DNA from: an uncultured archaeon
GTDB lineage: Archaea > Micrarchaeota > Micrarchaeia > Micrarchaeales > CABMGC01
Reading direction: 5' to 3'
Assembly (NCBI GenBank): GCA_963704435.1
Contig: OY969902.1
Location: 136,949-200,948 of the forward strand
DNA: 64,000 nt
Both the position numbers and the translations under genes were made by a program. This document shows positions 62,153 to 64,000 of this stretch, piece by piece. Within the stretch, counting starts at the first letter, position 1. Each line of letters begins with the position of its first letter. The notes beneath the pieces are model-generated. The model did no database searches. It was not told the DNA's origin and saw nothing but the letters and a program-made list of their open reading frames with translations.

Positions 62153-62677
62153 TCAGCTAGCTGAAGTTCTGCTCCGCTTCCTGCGGGCGGCTGCCGCCTG
62201 CTGCGCCCTTATCTCAAGTATCGCCTGCCTTATCAGGGCCGCATGCGCCACCTTGAACCTGTGCTCCCTCATCCTTTCCGCGGCTATCAGCCCCACGTAG
62301 TAGAATATGAAGAAGATGTCGGCGCCGATGAACAGCACCATGATCACGGGATTTGCCGTGAACTCCGCGAGAAGGAGTCCCAGCAGCAGGTTGTAGACCA
62401 GTATTATCCCGATGATGAGGTTGACCCTGCTCTTCATGAGGCCGAGTCCGGCAACCTTCTCCGTCCCCTTCCCGGCCAGCTTGCTCAGCCGCATTATCCG
62501 CATGCTTCCCAGGTCGAACACGTAGGCGATGAAATAGAACAGTATCAGGCAGTCCACGCCCACCACCGCCAGGATGACGAGCTTGTACGCGCTTATCGTG
62601 GCATTCGTCACGACATAGCCGAGTATCAGGTTGTACAGGAACAAGAGGGCTGTCACCCACTTTATGGTATTGTTCAA
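62153..62677 (-). CDS. membrane protein with internal two-fold duplication (174 aa)
   Basis: The two halves share L..YNL.LG......T.........G.D..F.FY (ALLFLYNLILGYVV...VGVDCLILFYFIAY versus GIILVYNLLLGLLL...IGADIFFIFYYVGL). Arg-rich tail. Confidence 0.5.
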   Translation of the reverse strand: MNNTIKWVTALLFLYNLILGYVVTNATISAYKLVILAVVGVDCLILFYFIAYVFDLGSMRIMRLSKLAGKGTEKVAGLGLMKSRVNLIIGIILVYNLLLGLLLAEFTANPVIMVLFIGADIFFIFYYVGLIAAERMREHRFKVAHAALIRQAILEIRAQQAAAARRKRSRTSAS

Positions 62678-62811
62678 CGAGTCACCGGCTTGAAACTTTT
62701 TACGGTAAAGAGACTCTGAATAGATTTATAAATAGTAGGCTCCGGCAGGCTTACTTGCGCGTGCGGCAGGCCCTGGCGGACTGTGCCATCTGATTGCACA
62801 AGAGCTCGGCA

Positions 62812-63621
62812 TCATCTGACAGATGCGCGAAGTTTCCTGGCGATCTCGCCCTCCTGAGCGCCTATCTCCTTCCTTACGTTGTCCGTCACGATCGCTATGC
62901 CTCCGCCGATCTCGTCGTACGCGACGAGCAGCGCGTCGAGCCTCCTGCCGTTCTCCCTGAGCCTGTTGAGCGTGACTTCGCCCGCCTCCCTCTGCAGCAG
63001 CCTCCTGTTGACCGAGCCCAGCTTCCTGACCCGCTTTCCGTAGGTCCTGAAGTTGCCGAAGGTCGCGTTCGTGACCCTGTTGAACCTGTTGTTCCAGTCG
63101 CACACCTCCTCCACGGCCGCGCTGAGCGCGTCGGCCTGCAGAGGCACCGAGACCGTCCTCTCGAACTCCTTGAAGTCCCCGGCGCGTACCTCCATGTACC
63201 TCCTCACCAGCTCCCTTGACACGCCCTTCGCCATGTCCGCGCCCATTACGCTGCTGCCCTTGCGGGAGCTCTGGTCGTACTCGGACTTCAGCCTCTCGTC
63301 CTTCAGCACTGCGTAGACCTCGTTTATCCTCTTGGTCATCTCGGCAGCATCTATCTCCCTGCTCACGTCGGGATGGTACTTCTTCACCAGCTCCACGTAC
63401 GCGTCCCTTATCTCCTTCGGGTCCTCGGTGTACTTTATGCCGAGGACCTCGTAGTAGCTTCCCGTCTTGATCCCGCCGAGGTCTATGCCCAGCCTCTTCG
63501 CCTCGCCCTCGAGCCTTGCCCCGAAGTCCCTGCTCCTGACCAGCAGCCTCTCTAGGCTCCTCTCTTTCCTGGCGGCGTTGAAGCGCCTGAAACTTTCGGC
63601 CACGTTCCCTAGAATGCCCAT
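62812..63621 (-). CDS. J-domain (DnaJ-like) protein with unknown C-terminal domain
   Basis: SYYEVLGIKYTEDPKEIRDAYVELVKKYHPDVSRE contains the HPD motif. The track ORF runs to 63927, but ATG 63621 lies 27 nt after TATA-like AAAGATTAAATCC, so I prefer the shorter form. Confidence 0.65.
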   Translation of the reverse strand: MGILGNVAESFRRFNAARKERSLERLLVRSRDFGARLEGEAKRLGIDLGGIKTGSYYEVLGIKYTEDPKEIRDAYVELVKKYHPDVSREIDAAEMTKRINEVYAVLKDERLKSEYDQSSRKGSSVMGADMAKGVSRELVRRYMEVRAGDFKEFERTVSVPLQADALSAAVEEVCDWNNRFNRVTNATFGNFRTYGKRVRKLGSVNRRLLQREAGEVTLNRLRENGRRLDALLVAYDEIGGGIAIVTDNVRKEIGAQEGEIARKLRASVR

Positions 63622-64000
63622 GAACTGAATTAGGGGCGAGGATGGATTTAATCTTTTCTCTCTGAGCGTACCCGGTCTTGCGGAGTGCTGCTGCCAGGTT
63701 GCCGCCGACTGCCCGCGCGAGGGCAGAAGCGGGGCGGGAATGCCTCCCGAGCCGCCCCTTATCGTCTTGGCATGCTCCTTCTTTGAAGAAAACGGCCCGG
63801 GATAGCTGAACTGCGTTGACCTGATGCTCAAATGAGCCATGGCATTCGCATGCGCCTCGGCCGGCGCTGCCGAAGAGAGCATTGGAACGGGAACTGCCGA
63901 TTGTGAAATTCTATTGGACTCCTTCATATAGCGCGCCTGCGGCGCAAAGACCGCGATTCCTGCCTTGGCATCGGTTGAGACGCCTATGCTGCCACCCGCC

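Overview
This is a 64-kb segment of an archaeal chromosome. The information-processing genes are all of archaeal type: TFB, RpoL, aIF5B, aIF6, RFC small subunit, Topo VI-A, LonB, GatD/GatE, r-proteins S15, S3Ae, S19e, L39e and L31e, prefoldin alpha, and FtsY. The backbone is G+C-rich, so the ORF track contains many long R/P/G-rich shadow ORFs antisense to or out of frame with real genes; I rejected these. Several G+C-poorer islets interrupt the backbone (hand counts of single 60-nt lines: line 5581 = 45/60 G+C, line 18181 = 20/60, line 29401 = 18/60, line 7441 = 24/60).

RNA genes and mobile elements:
- One complete 16S rRNA gene on the minus strand. It is not followed by 23S, 5S or tRNA-Ala, its primer sites are divergent, and a long leader/trailer processing helix flanks it.
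- One tRNA-Thr(CGU).
- An intact IS481-like element with a 14-16 bp target duplication, inserted inside the conserved rps19e-rpl39e-rpl31e-aIF6-pfdA-ftsY cluster.
- An IS200-type tnpA element with hairpin ends.

Other notable loci:
- A type IV pilus-like locus: secretion ATPase plus two class-III-signal pilins, one carrying a LamG lectin domain.
- A 1,044-aa beta-helix surface protein with a proline-rich cytoplasmic tail.
- A P-loop kinase/dCMP deaminase fusion.
- An IleRS whose HIGH and KMSKS signatures are both altered.

The most unusual locus is a low-GC two-gene island beside the 16S gene. It holds a 229-aa orphan and a 1,144-aa protein built from about nine tandem winged-helix modules plus an unrecognisable C-terminal domain, and a free-standing LAGLIDADG-like gene sits next to it.

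I saw no CRISPR array, cas genes, 23S or 5S. My lineage guess is a small-genome DPANN-like (Micrarchaeota-like) archaeon; this is inference only. All functional calls rest on motif recognition by eye, with no database search or folding program.
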